This document shows positions 1-8,700 of a DNA stretch of 64,000 nt, in pieces (the first letter of the stretch is position 1; each line of letters opens with the position of its first letter). The DNA lies in the IMG/VR virus record IMGVR_UViG_3300045988_154953; one strand, written 5' to 3'. Position numbers and translations under genes: made by a program. The notes below the pieces were generated by a model. That model ran no database searches and was not told the DNA's origin. It saw only the letters and a list, made by a program, of their open reading frames with translations. This DNA comes from a virus.

Positions 1-24
1 AATATTGTTCCGAATATCGTACTG

Positions 25-33
25 TGTTATAAT
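25..33 (+). promoter_or_regulatory. Extended -10 promoter candidate (TGTTATAAT) for ORF 85..459
   Basis: TGnTATAAT read directly about 50 nt upstream of the ATG; no convincing -35. Confidence 0.3.
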
Positions 34-84
34 ATATTATATGTTTGATCTATAATATATTTTATTGGGGGATTAAATTAAGAA

Positions 85-459
85 ATGAGAAAAAAAAATA
101 AAGAGCTTATTAGAAGATATAAATGTACAAAATGTGATTTTTCTACAATGTCTACTCATGAAGTAGCTAAGTGTAAAGTTTGTGGTGCAGAATTAAAACT
201 TATAGAAGAATATTATCACGATCCGAAAATGAGCTTAGGTGCTGTTGAAAATTCTAGAAATGTTCATTTACGGAAAGATGACAACGTGGTAATTCAGCAG
301 TCTAAGCCAACCAACACCCCTCATTGTCCAACTTGCGGATCAACTAATGTCCAGAAAATCTCCGGCATGAAGAGATGGCTTTCAGTAGGTTTATTTGGTC
401 TGGCTAGTAGTGATGTAGGAAAAACTATGGTTTGTAAGAAGTGCGGTTATAAATGGTAG
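85..459 (+). CDS. Zinc-ribbon protein (CTKC..CKVC and CPTC..CKKC pairs)
   Basis: 124-aa ORF with four CxxC motifs and a hydrophobic LSVGLFGLA segment; its 3' end is duplicated at 1487..1524. Confidence 0.6.
   Translation: MRKKNKELIRRYKCTKCDFSTMSTHEVAKCKVCGAELKLIEEYYHDPKMSLGAVENSRNVHLRKDDNVVIQQSKPTNTPHCPTCGSTNVQKISGMKRWLSVGLFGLASSDVGKTMVCKKCGYKW
421..458 (+). repeat. 38-nt direct repeat, copy 1 (3' end of ORF 85..459)
   Basis: aaaactatggtttgtaagaagtgcggttataaatggta matches 1487..1524 at 37 of 38 positions. Confidence 0.9.
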
Positions 460-609
460 AATTTATTACATGATAATTTAAACTTATGTAAATTGATTCT
501 AAATGTGCATATTGCTATTGAAATATTATTATTGAGAATAATCAATTCACGAAATAGTAATTGTTTTAATGTGCTAATAGTATCACCTGCTTTCTAGAAA
601 GGCTAAAAA

Positions 610-1362
610 ATGAAAAGTTTAAATAAAAAAGAACAACTCATATTAACAGCAAAAATAAAAGCATATTTTAAAAGCTTTAAAAAATTTATATGTTGTGATG
701 AGCTTCCAGACTTTAAAATTATTTACACGGATGGAAGAAAAGATCCCTCAATTGCATACAAAGCACAAGTTTCTTTATATGAGCGCCCAATTATATTAAA
801 GTATAATATAGCTGCAATTGATGAAAAAGATGCTGATTTTAAATATACTTTGGTACATGAATTTACTCATATGTATGATTATTTTATTCTTAATAAAATA
901 TACAATGATGATTTTTTAAAGCGGAATATATTTTTATATACAGAATGTCATGCTGTTCAAATAGAAATATTGTTTTGTTATAAAATTGTAAACACAATAT
1001 TTGATTCAGCTGATTTTATGCAAGCAGATTTATCTTATATATTAAATTTGCCATATAATAAAAACCAAACGTATACTAATATAACATTAAAATTTATGGA
1101 TAATCAAATTATTGAAAATTTCTATCATATGAAAACAGCATATATGTATTCATGTGGAGCAACTATTATTTTATCAAAACTTTTAGAAAGACCCATAAAA
1201 TTTGCAAAATTTTTAGATCCATATTCACAAGAAATGATAAAAGTACAAAATATTTTGCAAAATATAGATTATACTGGTATTCCTTCCGAAGAAGATTTAA
1301 TAGAACTTGGCAACATAAATTGTACCACGGATAATATGTTCTTGACACAGACAACTGTCTAA
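610..1362 (+). CDS. Putative HExxH zinc metallopeptidase-like protein
   Basis: 250-aa ORF; HEFTH motif in FKYTLVHEFTHMYDYF, downstream ECHAVQIE; similar motif context in ORF 11189..11878. Confidence 0.5.
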   Translation: MKSLNKKEQLILTAKIKAYFKSFKKFICCDELPDFKIIYTDGRKDPSIAYKAQVSLYERPIILKYNIAAIDEKDADFKYTLVHEFTHMYDYFILNKIYNDDFLKRNIFLYTECHAVQIEILFCYKIVNTIFDSADFMQADLSYILNLPYNKNQTYTNITLKFMDNQIIENFYHMKTAYMYSCGATIILSKLLERPIKFAKFLDPYSQEMIKVQNILQNIDYTGIPSEEDLIELGNINCTTDNMFLTQTTV

Positions 1363-1485
1363 AATGTATCAACAGCAATAACAACTGGTGCTAGAGGAGC
1401 AAATCATTTCTGGGGTCTTATAGGTGCAAGTAAAACTGTTAATCGTTGTGGTAGCTGTGGGTATACTTGGGAACCGAAGAGATAA
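1363..1485 (+). pseudogene. Zinc-ribbon C-terminal fragment, in frame directly behind the TAA of ORF 610..1362
   Basis: Translates to ...FWGLIGASKTVNRCGSCGYTWEPKR-stop, parallel to the C-terminus of ORF 85..459; no own start or RBS. Confidence 0.35.
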
Positions 1486-1486
1486 A

Positions 1487-1524
1487 AAAACTATGGTTTG
1501 TAAGAAGTGCGGTTATAAGTGGTA
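1487..1524 (+). repeat. 38-nt direct repeat, copy 2 (orphan 3' end encoding KTMVCKKCGYKW-stop)
   Basis: Near-identical to 421..458. Confidence 0.9.
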
Positions 1525-1542
1525 AAAGGAGGATATTTAATT

Positions 1543-1815
1543 ATGAACACAACTAATTTTAACATTTTCAAAGAGATGGTAGAGCTTGTTAAAACAAACG
1601 ATTTGAAATATCTTATTATGTATTCATATAATGAGATTGACAATGGCAATTATCCTTATATATATTCTTTTGTATTATCCACAGAGTTATTTACTGTTAC
1701 GTTCAAGAAAAAATTAGAGGATAATAAAGAAATACTTAAATTCCTTAGAGATAACAAATGTATTGAATTAAATTGCGATATGAAAATTGATAAGAACTCT
1801 ATTGAACTAAATTAA
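1543..1815 (+). CDS. Hypothetical protein
   Basis: ATG at 1543 preceded by AAAGGAGGA; start moved from the GTG of the ORF track. Confidence 0.55.
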   Translation: MNTTNFNIFKEMVELVKTNDLKYLIMYSYNEIDNGNYPYIYSFVLSTELFTVTFKKKLEDNKEILKFLRDNKCIELNCDMKIDKNSIELN

Positions 1816-2042
1816 AAATGTGTATCTTTAAGTAATTCAAGAATACGAATTTTTAAATCATATTCAGAAGAGTCTAATTGAGAATATATTTTAAGTGCTT
1901 CACTAATTATAAATTCGTCTGATTCAGATTCTTCTGAATGGGCAAATCTAGATAATAACTTGTGATATTTCGTATCGTTTTTAATATCTGGGAAAATATC
2001 GTTTTCTGTTAAATTGCTTGAAGTTTTAAGATTTTTATACAT
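1812..2042 (-). CDS. Hypothetical small acidic protein
   Basis: ORF with TAGAAAGCAGGTG RBS context upstream. Confidence 0.5.
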   Translation of the reverse strand: MYKNLKTSSNLTENDIFPDIKNDTKYHKLLSRFAHSEESESDEFIISEALKIYSQLDSSEYDLKIRILELLKDTHF

Positions 2043-2071
2043 ATTTACACCTGCTTTCTAATGAGAGATGA

Positions 2072-2284
2072 TTATGATTCTGTTGCTGTTAAAATTATAT
2101 TAGCAACTTGTTTAGCATTATACTCATGCATATCAAGAATAATGCTTTTAGCTAGTTCGATATTATAACATGATAAAAATTTTATTTGCTTTTCTGATAG
2201 TTCTACACCAGATGATGCAATATCAAGATATTCGTTATATTTCTTGCAAAATTTTGTGATATTTGGTAATCTGTTATTAATCAT
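2072..2284 (-). CDS. Hypothetical small protein
   Basis: ORF with TAGAAAGTAGGTG RBS context, same context as ORF 1812..2042. Confidence 0.5.
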   Translation of the reverse strand: MINNRLPNITKFCKKYNEYLDIASSGVELSEKQIKFLSCYNIELAKSIILDMHEYNAKQVANIILTATES

Positions 2285-2321
2285 TGAAAAACACCTACTT
2301 TCTAAAATGGGAGGATATGTT

Positions 2322-2795
2322 ATGAAGTTAGATTTTGATTGTGTTAGAGATATTTTGTTATATGTTGAAGAGAATTCTGGATATCAAGATAATGATTCTG
2401 ATATGCCAAGTAAACACAAAGAAATACCACATGCACGTATTATTTCAGATTCATTTTTTTCAAAATATAACAAAGAAGATGCTGTTCACACACTTGAATT
2501 AATGATAAAAGAAGGTTTATTTAACTTTGCATCAAAACCAATTTATGATTCGAATAATAATTTGGCATATGCTCGTATTATAGGTCTTACCTGGTCTGGC
2601 CATGAACTTCTTGATAATATCAGAAATGATACTACATGGAATGCTGTAAAAGAAAAGACAAAGAAAGTTGGGAAAGTATCAATAAAGGCAATGGCTAGTG
2701 CTGCAAGCGCTCTCGCAACTGCAATGCTGACAGATCCCAATGCTATACAAAACTTCATGAACGGCGCACAGAATTTTATAGGTTCAATACATTAG
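2322..2795 (+). CDS. DUF2513-like (winged-helix type) hypothetical protein
   Basis: N-terminus MKLDFDCVRDILLYVEE resembles the DUF2513 family start; GGGAGGA RBS before the ATG at 2322. Confidence 0.5.
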   Translation: MKLDFDCVRDILLYVEENSGYQDNDSDMPSKHKEIPHARIISDSFFSKYNKEDAVHTLELMIKEGLFNFASKPIYDSNNNLAYARIIGLTWSGHELLDNIRNDTTWNAVKEKTKKVGKVSIKAMASAASALATAMLTDPNAIQNFMNGAQNFIGSIH

Positions 2796-2801
2796 TGCTT
2801 A

Positions 2802-3005
2802 TCATATAAATCGGTTACATTGGGTACAATTTAATCTGTTTCCACGGAGAGGACATGTACGGCAAACCATTGGAACTGATACAGCATATACAACAGTTGA
2901 ATTTTCTTCTAAGCGTGGCTTCGAAACCAGAGGTAGAAATTCCGAAACGTCAAATTGGTTTTGTAGGTCAGATTGATTAATCGTTTTTGGTAAAATAATA
3001 TTCAT
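2802..3005 (-). CDS. Small Cys-rich protein
   Basis: Start re-set to MNIILPK (AAGAAAGG upstream); C-terminal CRTCPLRGNRLNCTQC. Confidence 0.4.
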   Translation of the reverse strand: MNIILPKTINQSDLQNQFDVSEFLPLVSKPRLEENSTVVYAVSVPMVCRTCPLRGNRLNCTQCNRFI

Positions 3006-3258
3006 TTTGTCATTACCTTTCTTAATGGATAGATATTTATGAAGAAGTATGACCACAATAACAAAATGCCTAATCAATTAGGTTTTATTGTTATATAATC
3101 TTATGCTGATTACAAGCCACGTATATCATATAGATATACTATATTTCGATATGGATGTTTATTTGGCAAGACTTCCATTTTGTCTTAAATTTTAGATTTT
3201 ACAAGCTAAAATTTCATACTTCTATAAATCTGGAAGAATAGAAGAGTGGATATAATAA

Positions 3259-3289
3259 AAGAGTGGTTAATAAATAACCACTCTTAAAC
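3259..3289 (-). terminator. Intrinsic terminator after the toxN-like gene
   Basis: 11-bp perfect stem AAGAGTGGTTA/TAACCACTCTT followed on the minus strand by TTTATTAT. Confidence 0.65.
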
Positions 3290-3356
3290 ACATGGATTCA
3301 AACATTACAATATACAATGGTCATAATGAAGAATACGTACATATTCTATCGCATGA

Positions 3357-3899
3357 TTACGGCTGAGTCAAGTCGATTATTTGTGGATTATATAATTTGG
3401 CCAATTGTTCCATATATTTAAAATCAATACATCTTTTTGAAACAGTATTATCTGGATCACTATATTTTAAATTGTAAATAAATAAAGCTTTCTCGTCTAA
3501 ATCTAATGTGTTAATTACCTTTAATTCCATATTTAATAAATTAATATATTTACTTTTAGAAGATTCTGATTCAAAATTTCTATATGTATCTATCTTACTT
3601 TTCGCAAAATTATGAGTATACTTTTTAGGAACTGGAAACATGTAATTTAAATTTACAACAGCTATTAACCTAGAAGGATTTTTAGGGTCAAACAATTTAT
3701 AAAAATCTTTTTGTTGTCTCATATGTATATGACGTTTTTGAGGATGAGATACTTGTGTAATATAATATAAATCGCCCACTTCAAAAAGGACTCCAAAGAA
3801 AGGTTTATATTTGTCAGAACCATAATCCGTTCTTGGTATTCTGCTTTCAATATTTCTTAAATAATTTAAATAATCTTCATCTACATTAATCCACTTCAT
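3357..3899 (-). CDS. Type III toxin, ToxN/AbiQ-family endoribonuclease-like
   Basis: Blocks DYLNYLRNIESRIP, KPFFGVLFEVGDLYYITQVSHPQKRH and VVNLNYMFPVP match conserved ToxN/AbiQ blocks by eye; preceded by a tandem repeat array and attenuator hairpin. Confidence 0.75.
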   Translation of the reverse strand: MKWINVDEDYLNYLRNIESRIPRTDYGSDKYKPFFGVLFEVGDLYYITQVSHPQKRHIHMRQQKDFYKLFDPKNPSRLIAVVNLNYMFPVPKKYTHNFAKSKIDTYRNFESESSKSKYINLLNMELKVINTLDLDEKALFIYNLKYSDPDNTVSKRCIDFKYMEQLAKLYNPQIIDLTQP

Positions 3900-3918
3900 C
3901 TTGCGTCTCCTAATACAA

Positions 3919-3942
3919 TAGGAGCTGTAGAAACAGCCCCTA
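3919..3942 (-). terminator. Attenuator/terminator hairpin between the repeat array and the toxin gene
   Basis: TAGGAGCTGT-agaa-ACAGCCCCTA, 9 of 10 bp, about 20 nt upstream of the toxin ATG. Confidence 0.55.
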
Positions 3943-4040
3943 TTAAAACGATTTTTTACATGCTTCGTAACATCTATTAAAACGATTTTTTACATGCTTC
4001 GTAACATCTATTAAAACGATTTGACGGTTTCGTAACCGCT
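3941..4040 (-). ncRNA. Type III antitoxin RNA candidate: 34-nt tandem repeats (2 perfect plus 1 diverged)
   Basis: tattaaaacgattttttacatgcttcgtaacatc at 3941..3974 and 3975..4008, diverged copy at 4009..4040; same strand and immediately upstream of the toxin. Confidence 0.7.
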
Positions 4041-4068
4041 AAAGTAAGAGACTAAATCTCTTATCTAT

Positions 4069-4074
4069 ATTATA
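4069..4074 (-). promoter_or_regulatory. -10 box (TATAAT) candidate driving the repeat array and toxin
   Basis: Minus-strand TGTGTATAAT read directly about 30 nt upstream of the first repeat; weak -35. Confidence 0.35.
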
Positions 4075-4149
4075 CACAAATAACATATGAATAGATACTG
4101 TTAATGTTTACAATATATTCGCTGATAATATGCATAATTTTGTGCGATT

Positions 4150-4389
4150 TTACAACACCTCTTTAACATTAATATACCTGGATAATAATTCTATTTTTTG
4201 AGTATTTACTACAAAAAATTGATTATAACCAATTATTGTAACACCAGTTATTTTATCCGTATCAATATCTCGAAGAAGGACAATATTGTCATCAATCTCA
4301 TCTCCATATGAATTTTCTGTATTGGATATATTATAATATAACACATCAAATTTTTGATCATAATCAATTTTATTTAGAGTAGATGACAT
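4150..4389 (-). CDS. DUF2283-like small protein
   Basis: Start re-set to MSSTLNK; DVLYYNIS...DDNIVLLRDIDTDKITGVTIIG resembles DUF2283; overlaps the upstream ORF by 20 nt. Confidence 0.45.
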   Translation of the reverse strand: MSSTLNKIDYDQKFDVLYYNISNTENSYGDEIDDNIVLLRDIDTDKITGVTIIGYNQFFVVNTQKIELLSRYINVKEVL

Positions 4390-4651
4390 TACTGATTTCC
4401 TCATTAATATAGCAGGCGTATCCACTTTCATTCCCATTACATTCTTGAATAATATATTCACCAGTTTTATATTGATTCGACAAAACACTAATTGCTTCTT
4501 GCATACTATTATAAATACCTAATATCTCTTTAAAACGGATAGCAATATAACAATATCCATATTTTTTAAAAAAATCATTATAATGATTTAAAAAATAATG
4601 GAAGTCGTCTATTCTGTCAGTTTGTGTATATTCTTTTGTCATAATAGGCAC
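4370..4651 (-). CDS. Small protein, DUF5678-like N-terminal half
   Basis: GAGGAGG RBS; FLNHYNDFFKKYGYCYIAIRFKEILG pattern. Confidence 0.45.
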   Translation of the reverse strand: MPIMTKEYTQTDRIDDFHYFLNHYNDFFKKYGYCYIAIRFKEILGIYNSMQEAISVLSNQYKTGEYIIQECNGNESGYACYINEEISNVIYSK

Positions 4652-4680
4652 CTCCTCATATAATCAATGTTTTCTATTTC

Positions 4681-4717
4681 CTTATCAACCTAAACAGAAG
4701 TATGAGATAAGTTCATG
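4681..4717 (-). promoter_or_regulatory. Shared upstream element, copy A (CTTATC..GATAAG inverted repeat overlapping a TTGATA -35-like box)
   Basis: cttatcaacc...agaagtatgagataagttcatg, related to 5410..5467; 30 nt upstream of the start at 4651. Confidence 0.4.
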
Positions 4718-4854
4718 TAATAATTCTGCTTTTATTATACATCGGATTTGCATTTTATTTTATTCAATACACCTTATATTTAGTATTTAACTCTTGGCTA
4801 TTATTTATACAATATGATATTATAATATTATATTATTAGAAGAGGTGTACAAAA

Positions 4855-5064
4855 TTGTTAAGATACAAAATGGATGTATTGCAGGAATTGAAAACAATAG
4901 GATTTTCGGCCTATAAATTAAGAAAAGACAAAATAATGGGTGAAGCACAGATTCAGAAAATTAGAACTGGTGAGATTGCCAGCAAGGAAACATTGAACAC
5001 ACTTTGTAAACTGCTGAATTGTCAACCCGGCGATTTAATAGAGTACGTGCCAGATAAAGAGTAG
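4855..5064 (+). CDS. XRE/Cro-type helix-turn-helix regulator
   Basis: TTG start 8 nt after GAGGTG; C-terminal LNCQPGDLIEYV parallels VQPGDIMECV of ORF 55299..55571. Confidence 0.6.
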   Translation: MLRYKMDVLQELKTIGFSAYKLRKDKIMGEAQIQKIRTGEIASKETLNTLCKLLNCQPGDLIEYVPDKE

Positions 5065-5130
5065 TAGATTGAAACGTATGTTCATCTATACTCATTACAC
5101 AATCTATGCTAAAGGAATTGAATTTATGAA

Positions 5131-5370
5131 TTAATCTCTTTTAGCCGGATCTCGACCAGTTAATTTCTCATATTCAATATCTGTAATGAGAGTGCCGTAA
5201 TTTGGCAGTATATTAATCAAATCTTTTAGTATTTCTGTGGCTTGGCTTATTGTCAAGCCTTTTTCCTTAATATAAAACAAAAGTTCATTTTGAATTTCGT
5301 AAACTCTATCTGATTCATAATAATCTACTTCACCTTGATATATAGAAGGCTTCCCATCAAATCTATACAT
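5131..5370 (-). CDS. Hypothetical small protein
   Basis: ORF with TTGAGTTAAAAGGAGAAA initiation region. Confidence 0.5.
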   Translation of the reverse strand: MYRFDGKPSIYQGEVDYYESDRVYEIQNELLFYIKEKGLTISQATEILKDLINILPNYGTLITDIEYEKLTGRDPAKRD

Positions 5371-5409
5371 ATTATTATTTCTCCTTTTAACTCAAATATT
5401 TTATCTCAT

Positions 5410-5467
5410 CTTATCAACCAGGAGATTACTGGTTCAAACAAACGTAGAAGTAGGAGATAAGTTCCTG
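5410..5467 (-). promoter_or_regulatory. Shared upstream element, copy B (with extra AACCAG..CTGGTT hairpin)
   Basis: cttatcaacc[aggagattactggttcaaacaaacgt]agaagtaggagataagttcctg; 40 nt upstream of the start at 5370. Confidence 0.4.
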
Positions 5468-5717
5468 ACTCATAAATTCATGGCTACGCTCCATGTTAGT
5501 ACCGAATGTCTATTGAATATAATATCATTTCATATATTATATTCCACCCATAGCATTACTGTGGCGGTTATTCCTTATGTATTTTATATTATATAAGGAA
5601 GCTTCCGACCTGACCATACGAATTTACACATTGTTACTATATACTATTCTGTTACCAAAATAGGAGAGTAGTGTAAAGTTTACATATTTCCCAGTTACAT
5701 GTTTATGTCATGTAAGT

Positions 5718-8700
5718 CTATTCAGACGTTATTGGGTGTTTATCATCGTGTATTTCACGACTAACATACTCTAAACCTTTGTATCCAAAGTAAATTATGT
5801 ATGTTGTCGGCATATTCAAAAAAAAGAGGGAATACATTCTATCCCTACCGACATTATTCTTTAATGATAAGTATCCAGCTATTCCACCGAGAGCAACTTT
5901 TAATATATCAACATGTTTTACAATCATATCTAATATATCAATAAATTTACCACCAGCATCAATAGCACTCTTAAGAAAATCAGACGATAATAGATCGTTT
6001 GACAGTTCTTCAAGTTTCGCCTTGGTCTGATCGATGGAATATTGGATTGATTCTTGATATTTTTCTTGTTCTCTTTGGGCTGATCCTGCACTATTTAACG
6101 CCTCTTCGTAACTTTTCTCTAAAAGTTCTGGGTTAGAAAGAGCAGCTGCTAAACTATTGCTTTGCTGTTTCCCGGCCAGGGCTTCTAAAAGACTGGCACG
6201 ATCTATATCATTCAAATCGCTCCATTTCTTACTTATGCCAAGGACTATATCATAAACGTCTTTATATGTATCTTTATCTTTCATAATATCAAAACCTGTA
6301 ATTCCTTTTACAAGAGATTGCAGTTTTGATGTTGATTTAATAAGACCGTCTGTGTCTTCCCCCATCTGGGAAAGCTCGGTTTCTGATCCACGCAAACGTG
6401 CGGAAACCACCTTCCACATATTACCTACTTTGTTGGGATCTTGTACAACAGAATTGGTTGCAGTTATAAGAGCCACCGATTTTTCAAGTGACGTATTTGC
6501 GGCATTAAATGCAGCTGCTGAACGTTGAAGGGCATCTCCAATACCTGAAGATGATATTGCTTCATTATTACTCACCTCATTGAATATATCCACAATATGT
6601 TCAGCTTGATCGGCTTCCATGTTAAAACCTTTTAATGTAGAGATAAGAGATTCATTAGCAGTATCAATATCTATATTATCTCCAACGTTTTTATAAAGTT
6701 GTGAAACTCTTGCGAGTTCTTTTGAATCTGGAATATTATATCCATTTTTGGCCCATGCTGCAGTTGCTGAAATTGTGTCAGAAATTGTACCACCAATATC
6801 TTTTGCTATATTAGCATAACTGCTAAAGTCTTTATAGATTTGAGAAGTACTAGCTTCTGAAACTTTTGCTAAATCTGTAATATCAGAGTTTAATTGAGTA
6901 ACTGTTGAAGCAGCCTCTTTAAACCAATCAAACACATCATACAAGCTCACCATACCGGCAATCTGAGAAGCAAGACCATACCATTGTTTCTCTTTGATTA
7001 CATCAATTAAACCTTTTCCAGATCTGCCAGCTTTAGTTTCATCATTCTGAATTTGTAATAATTTCTGATGAATCTCATCTAAACCTTTAGTAGAAATGCC
7101 TGATTCTAATTCACGAATTAATTCTTTTAAAGCTTCTTTGGCTGCTTTTGAATATCTAGGATTTTGTTCTAATGCCTGATTAATCTTAGCTATTTCTTTT
7201 TCAATAGAAACGCCTTTCATACCCTTAGCGGAAGAAGAAAAGTTTTGTACTTCCTGTGATGCTTTTTTGGCACTATCTTGTGCTTCTTTGAGAGTAGTTA
7301 TATCTTCTTTTGAAAGAATAGGTTTATCGCCAAGTTGTGCTTTAACTTTTTCCAATTTCTCAATAGCGGCGTTTAAATCATTTATTGCTTTTTGATAACC
7401 TTCGCTCATTTTGAAAGTATCTGAATTTTTTGTACTTTTCTTAACTTGGTTTTGATATTTCTTAATATCATCATCGATGCTTTTCATAGTAGACGCTTTA
7501 AAATTGCTAATTGCATCATTTAATTTCGCTATGGATTCCGTTGATCCGTTAGAAGCTGTTTCTAATCTTTTAATAACATCAACAAATTCACCCCAAGACG
7601 ATACAGGAATTTTCCCAAAATTCTCAGGAAGTGTAAGATGTTCAATTATTTCCTGCGCTTGTTTAAAAAGTGGAATTAATTCTTTTACTTTTTGCTCTTG
7701 ATTTTCAATTTCATTCGTCTTCTGATTTTTTCCGTAATCAGATGCTTTTAATGTATTTAGTTTACTAACAGCTGCTTCATACTCTTTAAGCGCCTTTACT
7801 GCTGTATCCCAATCATTTTTTAATTGTTTAGCTTCTGATATATTTTTAGCTGACTGCTCTTTCTGAGCCTTTTCATACGATCCAAATTCAGACTTTTTTA
7901 TTTTATAGATATCTCTAGCGGAGTAATAATCGTCTGCAGTAAATTCACTACCATCAGTTTTTTTCTTTCTAGCGACATAAATACCGTTTTGATCTTTTTC
8001 AGCAATCAAATCTCTTTGTGCTTTTAATTCTTCTGTTATATGACTTGTAACATCACCATATTTTTCTGATTTGGCAATTAAATCATTATACTGTTTAACT
8101 TGTTCCGAAATAGCCACTGCCAAGTCAGTTCCACCAAGCTTTTGCTGAGAAGGATTATTTGCTTTTAACTTTTCTTGTGCGAGACGTTGATATTCAGCAA
8201 TTAATTTCTCCAATTCAAGATATTTTTCCTCATTAGAAGAATTACGTCCTTGGTCATGTAATTTTGAAATAAGAGATTGAATTTTATTTTTTTTCTCAGA
8301 TAATTCAGATAAGTCATTTGTATTACTTACATATCTATCCTTACCTGGAATTTTTGTATATGTAGCTTCCGTTGCATCGGCTCTAATTTGATAACGATTT
8401 AATAAACGATTAGATTGCTCTATATTTTTTGCACGAGATTCTTCGGCCTTTGCTAACGCATTAGCATTTTTTACATCATCTTTCGTACCTTGCTTTAGAT
8501 AATATTCTTCAGCGGCCTTGTTCCTGGCTACTTCAATTTGTTGACCTTTTAAAAGAGTCTCGTTATTATTTCTCAGATATTGAGCCGTCTTATCAAGGAG
8601 ATTAACATATTCTTGTTGTGCATTGATTTGTGCATCAATTCCAGAAGTGGAAGCATTAGGAGATTTAGATAATATTTTCAGTTTTGTCTGTTGTAAATCT

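Noticed and set aside
3941-4040. Tandem 34-nt repeats considered as a CRISPR array
   Set aside because: The repeats are directly adjacent with no spacers and sit in the promoter-repeat-hairpin-toxin arrangement of type III TA systems.
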